Position numbers and translations under genes: made by a program. DNA of 64,000 bases, taken from Candidatus Hecatella orcuttiae. Its GTDB lineage: Archaea > Thermoproteota > Bathyarchaeia > Hecatellales > Hecatellaceae. Each line of letters opens with the position of its first letter. The stretch's first letter is position 1. Below, in pieces: positions 9,429 to 18,462 of this stretch. The stretch spans positions 576,001-640,000 of the forward strand of contig MTLY02000003.1 in assembly GCA_002011035.2 (NCBI GenBank). Reading direction: 5' to 3'. Under the pieces are notes generated by a model, which saw nothing but the letters and a program-made list of their open reading frames with translations, was not told the origin of the DNA and did not search any database.

Positions 9429-10628
9429 TTAAAACTCAGGGCACGGCTCTCCCAGCTTTCTGAAGCGGGCTATAAAATAGCCTGAGCCGTGAAGATGAGG
9501 GTGAAACCTCTGCATGAACGCTGCCTCTGGGAAAAGGGATACTTGGCCTCGGCAGCCCAGATGGCAGGGCTGAGGCTCAGGCCTCAAGCCGCAGTGGTCC
9601 ATGGCATATCTGGCCACTTTCTCACATTCCAGCAGCGTCACGGTGCAGACGCTGTAGACAAGCACCCCGCCGGGTTTAAGCATCTTGGAGGCTGCTTTCA
9701 GAAACTGTTTCTGATATTCAGCCAAAGCTTGAAGGTCCTCCTCAGTTTTGCCGTCGTAAAGCTTGGGCGTAACTCCCAAGGCGCTGCAAGGAGGGTCGAC
9801 GAGGCAGCGGTCAGCCTTGAGCTCGGGGAGTTCCAAATCCAAAAACCGAGAGTCCTTTACCATCAATTTCACCCCTCTGCATCCTAGCCTGTTCAAGTTT
9901 TCCTTGGTGGCGGAAATTTTCCTAGCGTTTCTGTCCACCCCTAGGATCTCTCCAAGACCTTCCATCAACTGGTAGATGTGAGAAAGCTTTCCCCCCGGCG
10001 CGCAGTTAAAGTCCACCACTGTCTCCCCGGGTTTTGGATCTAGAACTCTAACTGTAACCATGGCGGGCAGCGACTGAGGGTAGATGAGGCCCTCTTTAAA
10101 CTCCTCCGTCTCCCTGAGGCTGGGAACAGTGTAAACCGGATGAGTAAGCTTAACAGCCAAACCTCTCCGGAGAGTCAGCACCTCTGTCTCCCCCATGGCG
10201 GCCACGCCTCCGCCTACCAAGTTGCCGTTGACGTCTACGATGGAAACCTCCTCCCCTTTCTTCAGCCCTCTGCAGCTCACGATGCCGGGTGCATACACGC
10301 TGGCTCCGGTTAAGACAGATTCCGCGGTGAACTTGTCCACAACCACCTTGAGAAGTCGAGGATCCACCGGGAAAGGTCCCTCCGCAGGAAGCCAAATCGC
10401 CTCCGCCACCGAAGGATGCTGGAAGGCTTGGATGCCTTTCCCCCTCAGCCTTTTCACAACGCCTTCAGGGGTCTCCTTTAAAGTGTTAACCCTGAGATAG
10501 TACCGTTCAGCCGGTCTAGCCATGGCTGAGAGAACTTGCTCAACTTGGCTTCCGTAAACCTCTTGAAGCTGTCTGAGGATGTCGGGGGAAAGAAAAGCCC
10601 TGAGAGGGTTTGAAAACGGCTTCATCAT
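9429..10628 (-). CDS. RsmB/NOP2-family RNA m5C methyltransferase with PUA domain (NSUN6-like)
   Basis: RVNTLK, GASVYAPG (PUA), CAPGGK, DPPCS, YSVCT. Confidence 0.9.
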   Translation of the reverse strand: MMKPFSNPLRAFLSPDILRQLQEVYGSQVEQVLSAMARPAERYYLRVNTLKETPEGVVKRLRGKGIQAFQHPSVAEAIWLPAEGPFPVDPRLLKVVVDKFTAESVLTGASVYAPGIVSCRGLKKGEEVSIVDVNGNLVGGGVAAMGETEVLTLRRGLAVKLTHPVYTVPSLRETEEFKEGLIYPQSLPAMVTVRVLDPKPGETVVDFNCAPGGKLSHIYQLMEGLGEILGVDRNARKISATKENLNRLGCRGVKLMVKDSRFLDLELPELKADRCLVDPPCSALGVTPKLYDGKTEEDLQALAEYQKQFLKAASKMLKPGGVLVYSVCTVTLLECEKVARYAMDHCGLRPEPQPCHLGCRGQVSLFPEAAFMQRFHPHLHGSGYFIARFRKLGEPCPEF

Positions 10629-10684
10629 CGAAAAGAATGATCCCTTCGAGGAAAAAGGGTCTTCAGGAGCCCGGAGAAGGGCTG

Positions 10685-11317
10685 TTATTTTTTAAGGGGC
10701 GTCATGTTGAAGAGAGCCTTGACAGGCACCCCGGATATTTCGCCGCCCCCCCTCTTATCCACCACCGTTACCACGCCCACAGGCTCCGCGTTGATCTCCC
10801 GCAGGTAGTCTAAGACTTCCTTGACGATCAATCCTCGACTAATGACGTCGGAAACCACAAGGACTTTGCATCCTTCAACCGGGGAGAAGTTGAGGGACAG
10901 AATACCTCCCGCTGGCAGAGGTTCACCGCCCCCCTCAGGCCGGGAAAACCGCACCAATGAGAAGGGCTTTCCCAAGTCGTCGGCAACGACCAAGCCTAGG
11001 GGACCTCCCGGAAGATCCATGCCCACGACCACGTCGAAGTCGTCGAACTCCCTGTTTTCAAGAGCTTCCTTCACCATGTCGGCTAGAGCCCATCCTATCA
11101 GGCTCAGTCTTCGAGTACTTCGGCCGACGGCGGACCAGTCTACGCTGTAATCAAAGGGGACAGGAGTTTTTTTCCTCTCTTTTTCTCGGAGGGAAAGCCA
11201 AAGGACGGTGTCTATTTGAAGGTTTAATTCGTTGGCTATCTCGCTGATCGACAGTCCTTTGGCTTTGAGCTCCTTGGTTCTCTCTACGAGTTTCTCAAGC
11301 GCTGAGGTTTTGGTCAA
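10685..11317 (-). CDS. Orotate phosphoribosyltransferase-like protein with N-terminal HTH (GfcR-type regulator)
   Basis: GLSISEIANELN HTH, VDWS, FSPVEG, degenerate PRPP loop VVSDVISRG. Confidence 0.8.
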   Translation of the reverse strand: MTKTSALEKLVERTKELKAKGLSISEIANELNLQIDTVLWLSLREKERKKTPVPFDYSVDWSAVGRSTRRLSLIGWALADMVKEALENREFDDFDVVVGMDLPGGPLGLVVADDLGKPFSLVRFSRPEGGGEPLPAGGILSLNFSPVEGCKVLVVSDVISRGLIVKEVLDYLREINAEPVGVVTVVDKRGGGEISGVPVKALFNMTPLKK

Positions 11318-11451
11318 TCAATTCACCTCATCCAAGTTTGAGACTTCGTTCTCTCCTTTACGGTAAATAAGACCTCCTCCAAGACTTATAAGCTAAACTG
11401 GTAAGTCTCCCATAACCGACGGGCGAGATGGTAGGAGACTTCGGCCCTCTG

Positions 11452-11871
11452 TTAAGAGTTGACATACTTGTATTTGCCGTTTTCCTTAATCCTTTTTATG
11501 CCCAACTCGGGATGCCGCAGTATCGCCTTCTGGATCATGTCCTGCTTATGATACCAGCCTTTAACCCTTAGCAAGTCTTCTATCTCCCCCAAAGTTTTAG
11601 GTTCGTTAAAGACCCCCTCCTCCTTCAAAACCGGGAGCCTCGCCAGCAGTTCCTTGGTTTCCCCCGTTCTCTTTGCCATCCTTTCCCCCGCTCTTTTTTC
11701 GTCTTTGGCTGTTCTCTGTTTCTCCACTTGGCTGCTGACCGCTATCTTCGGGAAATCTTCCAGCAGGCTGGAAAGCTTGTATTGCTCCACCAGACCTTTC
11801 ACAGCTTCTTCCGTTCCCTTGATCTCCAACTCGTTTTCCCCGATCTTTATCCTCAGGCTTGTTTCACTCAT
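11452..11871 (-). CDS. Hypothetical protein with possible C-terminal winged helix
   Basis: Coding-like ORF; probable start ATG 11871 (MSETSLRIKIGENELEIKG); C-terminal EGVFNEPKTLGEI...KYKY. Confidence 0.6.
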   Translation of the reverse strand: MSETSLRIKIGENELEIKGTEEAVKGLVEQYKLSSLLEDFPKIAVSSQVEKQRTAKDEKRAGERMAKRTGETKELLARLPVLKEEGVFNEPKTLGEIEDLLRVKGWYHKQDMIQKAILRHPELGIKRIKENGKYKYVNS

Positions 11872-12005
11872 TTTGGAAACCTTTTCCAGACGGCTTTCCT
11901 TTAAGCCAAAGGTAAGAAGCGCAGTGATATAAAAAGCAGAGAGAACGATGAAAATATTGACTTTCCTCAAAAGTTAGAGCTATATCGGACGGAAACGTTT
12001 TCCTG

Positions 12006-13094
12006 TTGAAGTCTCTCATGGGGAGAGTCATCTTCCACGTCGACATGGATTCCTTCTTCGCATCCGTGGAGAAGCGGAAAAACCCTGCCTTAGAAGGCCT
12101 ACCGGTCATCATCGGAGCTGACCCTAAAGGGGGAAAAGGAAGAGGCGTAGTCTCAACATGCTCCTACGAGGCGAGGAAGTTCGGAGTTCACTCAGCTCAG
12201 CCCATTTCCAAGGCATACAAGCTTTGCCCTCACGCGGTTTTTCTTCCCGTCAACATGGAACTCTACCAGAAAGTCTCCGAAAGGGTCATGGCCCTTCTGA
12301 GGAGTTTCTCCGATAGGTTCGAACAAGTCAGCATCGACGAAGCCTTTCTGGACGTTTCAGAGAAAGTAAAACAGTACACCAGCCCCCAGCAGCTGGCTGA
12401 GAGGATCAAAGACGAAATCCGTCGAAAGGAGGGGCTGAGCTGCTCCATAGGGGTGGCGCCCAACAAATCCGCGGCGAAAATAGCCTCCAGCCTCCGGAAG
12501 CCCGACGGCTTGACGGTGGTAAACCCTGAAAAGGTGAAAGAATTCCTCAACCCCCTCCCAGCATCAAAAATCAGCGGGGTTGGGAGAAAGATGCAGGAGC
12601 GTCTCGCTTCGCTGGGGATTAAAACCATCGGGCAGCTTGCCCGGCAACCCTTAGACAAGCTGACTGAGCATTTCGGCCGATGGGGGCTCCGCCTCTGGGA
12701 GGTGGCCAACGGGCTTGAAGAGGATGAGGTTGAAGACTCTTACCCCATAAAATCCCTCGGCACCGAACACACTTTCGAAGAGGATGTGGGTGACTGGGCG
12801 GTGGTGGAAGACTGTCTGAACTCCCTAGTCGAGAAAGTGCACCGCCGAGTTTTGGAGGAAGGCTTTCTCTTCAGGACTGTAGGCGTCAAAATCCGCTTCG
12901 AAGATTTCGAAACCTTCACCCGGTCTAAAAGCCGCCAGATACCCACCAACCAGAAGGAGGTCCTCCACGAATACGCGGAGTTGCTTCTTAAGGAATTTAA
13001 AGACGACTCGAGGAAGCTGCGCCTCATAGGCGTGAAGGTATCCAACCTCCAAAAGGTAGGTAAAACACGTAACCTCCTAGAGTGGTCACGTTGA
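12006..13094 (+). CDS. dinB: Y-family DNA polymerase IV
   Basis: HVDMDSFFASVE, CSYEAR, SIDE, KPDG; C-terminal PIP-like NLLEW. Confidence 0.95.
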   Translation: MKSLMGRVIFHVDMDSFFASVEKRKNPALEGLPVIIGADPKGGKGRGVVSTCSYEARKFGVHSAQPISKAYKLCPHAVFLPVNMELYQKVSERVMALLRSFSDRFEQVSIDEAFLDVSEKVKQYTSPQQLAERIKDEIRRKEGLSCSIGVAPNKSAAKIASSLRKPDGLTVVNPEKVKEFLNPLPASKISGVGRKMQERLASLGIKTIGQLARQPLDKLTEHFGRWGLRLWEVANGLEEDEVEDSYPIKSLGTEHTFEEDVGDWAVVEDCLNSLVEKVHRRVLEEGFLFRTVGVKIRFEDFETFTRSKSRQIPTNQKEVLHEYAELLLKEFKDDSRKLRLIGVKVSNLQKVGKTRNLLEWSR

Positions 13095-13155
13095 AACGCT
13101 GAGGAACCGGAGCTAAAGGGGTTGCTCCAAAGGACTGAAGATTTTTCCTGTCAGT

Positions 13156-14205
13156 TTATGATAGGTTGACAATCACCTTAATCGGATTCTCTTTTCTATT
13201 TTTTTCAGGATTGCTGAATATTTCAAACGCCTCGTTTATGTTTTCGAGCGCAATTTCATGGGTTACGAAGTCTAGCAGATTCACGTTACGAGTTTTCACA
13301 AGTTCAAGAGCTCTTCTTATGTGGTTCGTCGACCCTGGGTTTAGAACTCCGATAATAGTTCTTTCTAAGGATGTTACGTAGCTGAGGTTTATTTCCACCG
13401 GTTTACTTACAATCGCTACTTGAACATATCTCCCAGAAGGTTTGATAGACTCGAGTGTTGATGTCACAGTGGCTGGAACTCCAGCAGTTTCTAATCCCAC
13501 GTCCACGCCAGCTCCCTCGGTCAAATTCATAACCTCCTTTACCACGTTTACTTCTCCCTTGGCATTAATTACATGGTCTGCTCCGAATTTTCTAGCCAAT
13601 TCCAAGGGTTTTTCCCTTATGTCCACACCTATCACTTTGGAAGCTCCGGCTAGTTTTGACGCGATAAGCGCTGATAATCCTATAGGGCCTAGGCCTGACA
13701 CCAGCACGGTGAAACCTAAGCTTACTCCACCTCTTTCAGCAGCATAAAACCCTGTAAGAAACATGTCGGGGACCAATACCGCCTGCTTAGGATCCATGTT
13801 TTCAGGGATTTTCACCAGAACTCTCTCGGCATGGGGAACCCTCATGAATTGAGCAAAGGCCCCATCATAATTCAAGCCGAAGAGTATGCGACGCTCACAT
13901 AGTTGCTGTTTTCCAGCTGTGCAGTATTTGCAGACGCCGCATGAAGCCACATAAGAGCCGATGACATTGTCCCCCACTTTAAACATCCTTACGCCCTGAC
14001 CTACTTGGAAAACTTTGCCTGCGTACTCATGTCCAAGGATCAGAGGCGTCTTGGCCGGTATGTGGCCGAGGTAAGCATGCAGATCGGTTCCGCATACAGC
14101 GCAATGCTTGACTCTGACTATAACTTCTCCAAGAGATGGAGGGCCAGGAGTGGGAGTCTCCTCAACTCTGAGGTCATTTGGATTGTGAAGGACTGCTGCT
14201 TTCAA
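13156..14205 (-). CDS. Zn-dependent alcohol dehydrogenase (MDR family)
   Basis: CGTD, GHE, CGVCKYC...C structural Zn, GLGPIG. Confidence 0.92.
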   Translation of the reverse strand: MKAAVLHNPNDLRVEETPTPGPPSLGEVIVRVKHCAVCGTDLHAYLGHIPAKTPLILGHEYAGKVFQVGQGVRMFKVGDNVIGSYVASCGVCKYCTAGKQQLCERRILFGLNYDGAFAQFMRVPHAERVLVKIPENMDPKQAVLVPDMFLTGFYAAERGGVSLGFTVLVSGLGPIGLSALIASKLAGASKVIGVDIREKPLELARKFGADHVINAKGEVNVVKEVMNLTEGAGVDVGLETAGVPATVTSTLESIKPSGRYVQVAIVSKPVEINLSYVTSLERTIIGVLNPGSTNHIRRALELVKTRNVNLLDFVTHEIALENINEAFEIFSNPEKNRKENPIKVIVNLS

Positions 14206-14232
14206 GGCACAGATTAATGGAATCTGAGATGT

Positions 14233-15471
14233 TTATATATTTTTTCTAAGCGCCTTCATGGACGGAGCTATGGTCTTCGGTTTTTTTACCATTTTCGAGT
14301 AGGTTTCCACCGTTTTGAGGCCGCTGCCGGTCAGCATGCAGAGGACTCTATCATTCTTATCTATTAATCCCTCATCCAACATTTTTTTGGTACCGGCAAC
14401 TGACGCCGCGGAAGAAGGCTCCACGAAGAGGCCCTCTATTTTAGCTATCCACGACGCAGCTTCAACGATCTGCTGGTCTTTAATGGTTTCAGATAAACCG
14501 CCTGTTTCTCTCAGAGCTTTCAAAACAAGCTTCCCTTTTAGTGGATATCCGATCATCAAACCTTCAGCTATGGTTTTAGGCTTTCTAACATACCTTATTT
14601 CATTCCGACCTTTTTTGTAAGCTTTTGCAATGGGTGCGCATCCTTCAGGCTGAATGCATACGAGTCTAGGAATCTTTGAAATCCAACCTATCTGAGCAAC
14701 TTCACTGAAGCCTTTTCTGCAGCCTAGCAACCCGCTGCCTGTCCCTACGGGGTGAACCACCCATTCAGGTGGGTCGTTGTTGAATTGCTCGCAGATTTCA
14801 TGTCCGATGGTTTTCATTCCTTCTGTCACGTAGGGATTCGTTTGGAAACCGCAATAATACCATCCGAACTTCTGACAGGCTTCCCTAGCGATATCGTAAG
14901 AATCTTTCCTAGTCCCCTTTACTCGGAAGACGGATGCTCCATTCATCATGGCTTGGATAATTTTGCCGAGGCTGGCGTAGGAGGGTGTGAAAATGTAACA
15001 TTCTAATCCCGCCTTCGCTGCATAGGCTGCGACGGATGTTGCAGCGTTACCTGAGGAATCTATCGCCAAGGTGGCGGCTCTAAGCTCGCTAGCCCTTGAA
15101 ACCATCAGGGCTGAGCCGCGGTCCTTAAAAGAGCCGGTAGGAAACATGTAATCCAGTTTGAAAAAAAGGTTTTTGATGCCTATCTTTTCGCTTAATTTTT
15201 TCGCCTTATAAATAGGGGTCAGTGTCTCCCCCAAACTTACCTTGCGACTAACATCGATAGGGAGAAACTCGGCGTAACGCCACATAGTCTTCGGTCTTCT
15301 GAGTATGTCGGCGATCTTCACTCTGTTTTTTATGGACTCGTAGTCTAACATGACATCAAGCAGTCCACCGCACTTAGAGCAAAAATACGTGGTTTCTCTA
15401 AGGTCATGAACAGCGTCGCAATTCAAACACCTCAACGACACTGCATAATTCTGCCGGCATCCACCTGTCAC
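14233..15471 (-). CDS. Threonine synthase-like PLP enzyme
   Basis: N-terminal CLNC/CSKC, PTGSFKDRG, DSSGNAA, EPSSA, LTGSGLK. Confidence 0.85.
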   Translation of the reverse strand: MTGGCRQNYAVSLRCLNCDAVHDLRETTYFCSKCGGLLDVMLDYESIKNRVKIADILRRPKTMWRYAEFLPIDVSRKVSLGETLTPIYKAKKLSEKIGIKNLFFKLDYMFPTGSFKDRGSALMVSRASELRAATLAIDSSGNAATSVAAYAAKAGLECYIFTPSYASLGKIIQAMMNGASVFRVKGTRKDSYDIAREACQKFGWYYCGFQTNPYVTEGMKTIGHEICEQFNNDPPEWVVHPVGTGSGLLGCRKGFSEVAQIGWISKIPRLVCIQPEGCAPIAKAYKKGRNEIRYVRKPKTIAEGLMIGYPLKGKLVLKALRETGGLSETIKDQQIVEAASWIAKIEGLFVEPSSAASVAGTKKMLDEGLIDKNDRVLCMLTGSGLKTVETYSKMVKKPKTIAPSMKALRKNI

Positions 15472-15630
15472 TTTCAGAAATCCCTCAACATATTTTTTGT
15501 CCAGAGAATTTATACTCTTTCACGGAGACCTTAACTCTAAAATTTGACCTTTTACCGAATGGCTTTTGTTTGCTTTTGAAGCATCTTTATCTACCGAATC
15601 CGGAAAAGGCTTTTAAGAAAGCTGGTTCTC

Positions 15631-16938
15631 TCAGCTTAAAGCCTTCAGCGAATCGTCAAGTCTCTCCAATACGGTTTTTATCTGTTCCTCCGTTATGCAG
15701 AGGGGCGGCTGCAACCTTATGACGTTACCGTAGACTCCGCCTACGTTCACCAGTACGCCTTTTTTCGCCATGTTTACTCTGATATTATTCGCCTCCTCTT
15801 TTGCAGGCTCCTTGGTTTTCTGGTCTCTAACAAGCTCGACTCCGAGCATCAAACCTCTTCCTCGCACATCCCCGATCAACGGATATTTTTCTGCAAGTTC
15901 TCCGAGTCCTTCCATAAAGACTCTTCCTCGTTGAGCACTCTTCTCCACCAATTTTTCTTCGAGCAAAACGTTGATGTTTTCCAGCGCTCCGGCACATACG
16001 ATAGCGTTGCCGCCGTATGTTCCACAGTGGTCAACAGAAACGAAGACTTCAGCTACTTCGTCAGTTACTATGGTTGCTGCGATGGGTAAGCCGCTTGCAA
16101 TGCCCTTGGCAACAGCCATTATGTCCGGCTCTACGTTGAAGAGTTCCACAGCGAACATTTTACCCGTTCTACCGAAACCGGTTTGTATTTCGTCGGCGAT
16201 ATAAAGGGCGCCATGTTCCTTGAAAATCTTCACTACCACTGAAAGGTATTCATCGGGCGGAACGATGATTCCCCCCTCCCCGAATATTGGCTCAGAAATG
16301 AAGGCGGCGACATCGCCTGTGGTTTCGTACTTAATCAAGTTTTCCACGTAACTTGCGCATTGGAGACCACATTCAGGGTATGTCAGCCTGTAAAAGCAAC
16401 GATAACAGTAGGGAGCTGGAGCGTGGATCACGCCCGGATGCACGTAGGTGCTGAGGCCTTGCTTGTACTTATTTTGGCCTGTCAGAGCCATGGCGTAGGA
16501 TGTTCTCCCATGAAAAGACCCCGTTAACGCAACAATTTCAGCGCCGCCTCTTCCACGTTTTTTGAAGGCGTATTTTTTGGCGAGCTTCACAGCGTTCTCA
16601 ACAGCCTCAGCTCCCGAGCTGACGAACATGGTTCTATTTAAGTTTCCCGGAGTTATCTGCGCCAGTTTCTCGGCCAGCAGAGATGTAGGTATCAAATAAT
16701 AGTCCCAGGAGACATGCCATATTTTGGCTACCTGCTCCTGTATGCTCTTAACGATACGAGGATGACAGTATCCAACGTTTGTAACTGAATATCCGCCATG
16801 GCAGTCGATGTACTCTTTACCGTTGACGTCGGTCAGCACCGCGTTCTTTCCTTTCTCAAAAACTATAGGATGTCTTCCCGTCGTATCTCCAGGCAAAATA
16901 TACCTTGTTTGTTTCTTAATAATCTCCTCACTAGACAT
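15631..16938 (-). CDS. Class-III PLP aminotransferase (GabT/AGXT2-like)
   Basis: SGAEAVE, FHGRT, EPIFGEGG, DEIQTGFGRTG, AKGIASG, TYGGN. Confidence 0.92.
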   Translation of the reverse strand: MSSEEIIKKQTRYILPGDTTGRHPIVFEKGKNAVLTDVNGKEYIDCHGGYSVTNVGYCHPRIVKSIQEQVAKIWHVSWDYYLIPTSLLAEKLAQITPGNLNRTMFVSSGAEAVENAVKLAKKYAFKKRGRGGAEIVALTGSFHGRTSYAMALTGQNKYKQGLSTYVHPGVIHAPAPYCYRCFYRLTYPECGLQCASYVENLIKYETTGDVAAFISEPIFGEGGIIVPPDEYLSVVVKIFKEHGALYIADEIQTGFGRTGKMFAVELFNVEPDIMAVAKGIASGLPIAATIVTDEVAEVFVSVDHCGTYGGNAIVCAGALENINVLLEEKLVEKSAQRGRVFMEGLGELAEKYPLIGDVRGRGLMLGVELVRDQKTKEPAKEEANNIRVNMAKKGVLVNVGGVYGNVIRLQPPLCITEEQIKTVLERLDDSLKALS

Positions 16939-17030
16939 GGTATCATCCTATTGAAATATGGTAGACTGATACGTTATTAAAATATTTTTATACAGATTTC
17001 GTACTAAAAAATGGCGGGTGGCTGGATGAG

Positions 17031-18287
17031 ATGGAGGTCAAAAAAAAGATTCTTCAACATATTGATCAACATAAAAACGAAATCGTGGAGTTTCTGCGAA
17101 GTCTGATAAGAATACCCAGCGTAACCGGCTCGGAGAAAGAAATTTCAAATTTTATCGCAAAAAAACTTGATTCTCTCGGTCTTGAAGTTGATGTTTGGGA
17201 GCCGAACTTAAACGAGCTGAAGAAACATCCAGGATACGTATCGGTGGAGATGGACTATAAAGACCGGCCTAACGTGGTAGGCGTATGGAAGGGTGCCGGC
17301 GGAGGAAAATCTCTGCTTTTCAACGGGCATCTGGATGTGATTAACGCTGATCCCAGCGTATGGAAACATAACCCTTGGGGCGGAGAGATCGAAAATGGCC
17401 AACTGTATGGTAGAGGAGCGTCTGACATGAAAAGTGGATTAGCCGCCATGACAATGGCCTTAGCCTGCATAATCGAAGTAGGAATCAGACTCAAAGGCGA
17501 TGTAATCTTGGAATATGTGGTAGACGAAGAGTTCACTGGCCACGGAACATTAGACTGTATCTTGAGAAACTATAAGGCGGATGCGGGAGTAAGCTGCGAG
17601 GCAAGCGACCTTGAAGTTCAGCCAGCAGCCACGGGCAGTATGTGGTTTGAAATAAAGGTCGACGGCAAATCAGCTTCCATGTCGAGGATATGGGAGGCGG
17701 TAAGCGCCATCGAAAAGGGTCATGTGGTCCACAAGGCAATTCAAGATTATCAAACTGTCAGATTCGAGAAACGTCATCCCTTATATCCGGATCCAAAGGG
17801 TGCTCTTGCCTGTTTTGCAGGCATTTTTCAAGCTGGGTCTTATCCTAGTTCTCCTCCTGATACTTGTACAATAAAAGGGAGGATGGGGGTTCTGCCTAAC
17901 GAGGATCCCGCCGATGTTAAACGGGAATTCATAGAATACATTGAAAATGCCGCGAAAAAGGATCCTTGGCTCAGGGAACATTTACCTAGGGTGGAGTTTA
18001 CAGGTTATTATGCTGAGCCAGCGGAAATTCCAGCAGATCATCCCATCTGTACCACTGTAATTAGCTCTTTCGAGGAAGCGACCATGAAAAAGCCTGTTGT
18101 ACGCGGTCATGAAGGCGCAGCTGACACTCGATTCCTGATAAAGTATGGTGCAACGCCTACTGTCATTTTTGGTCCTGGAACCATAACGCAGATGCATGCC
18201 ACAGACGAGTGGGTGAGAATAGAGGATTTGATAACCTCGGTAAAAGTTCTAGCTTTAACGATTCTCAACTGGTGTGGTTGGGAGTAA
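17031..18287 (+). CDS. M20 ArgE/DapE-family deacylase (YodQ/YlmB-like)
   Basis: NGHLDV, GRGASDMK, VDEE, CE, MHATDE. Confidence 0.9.
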   Translation: MEVKKKILQHIDQHKNEIVEFLRSLIRIPSVTGSEKEISNFIAKKLDSLGLEVDVWEPNLNELKKHPGYVSVEMDYKDRPNVVGVWKGAGGGKSLLFNGHLDVINADPSVWKHNPWGGEIENGQLYGRGASDMKSGLAAMTMALACIIEVGIRLKGDVILEYVVDEEFTGHGTLDCILRNYKADAGVSCEASDLEVQPAATGSMWFEIKVDGKSASMSRIWEAVSAIEKGHVVHKAIQDYQTVRFEKRHPLYPDPKGALACFAGIFQAGSYPSSPPDTCTIKGRMGVLPNEDPADVKREFIEYIENAAKKDPWLREHLPRVEFTGYYAEPAEIPADHPICTTVISSFEEATMKKPVVRGHEGAADTRFLIKYGATPTVIFGPGTITQMHATDEWVRIEDLITSVKVLALTILNWCGWE

Positions 18288-18462
18288 AGCGGTATACGCT
18301 CAATTAATCTTACATAGAGCTGAGTGCTGTAGCAATTTCTGAGACAATCATAAGCTGACTGATTTTTCATAAATTTTCTATCAACAGCCTTTTTGATTTT
18401 TTTTAGTTATCAAGGAGTTAGTGAACAATAAATTTAATTAATGGAATCCCTTAATTTTTATC

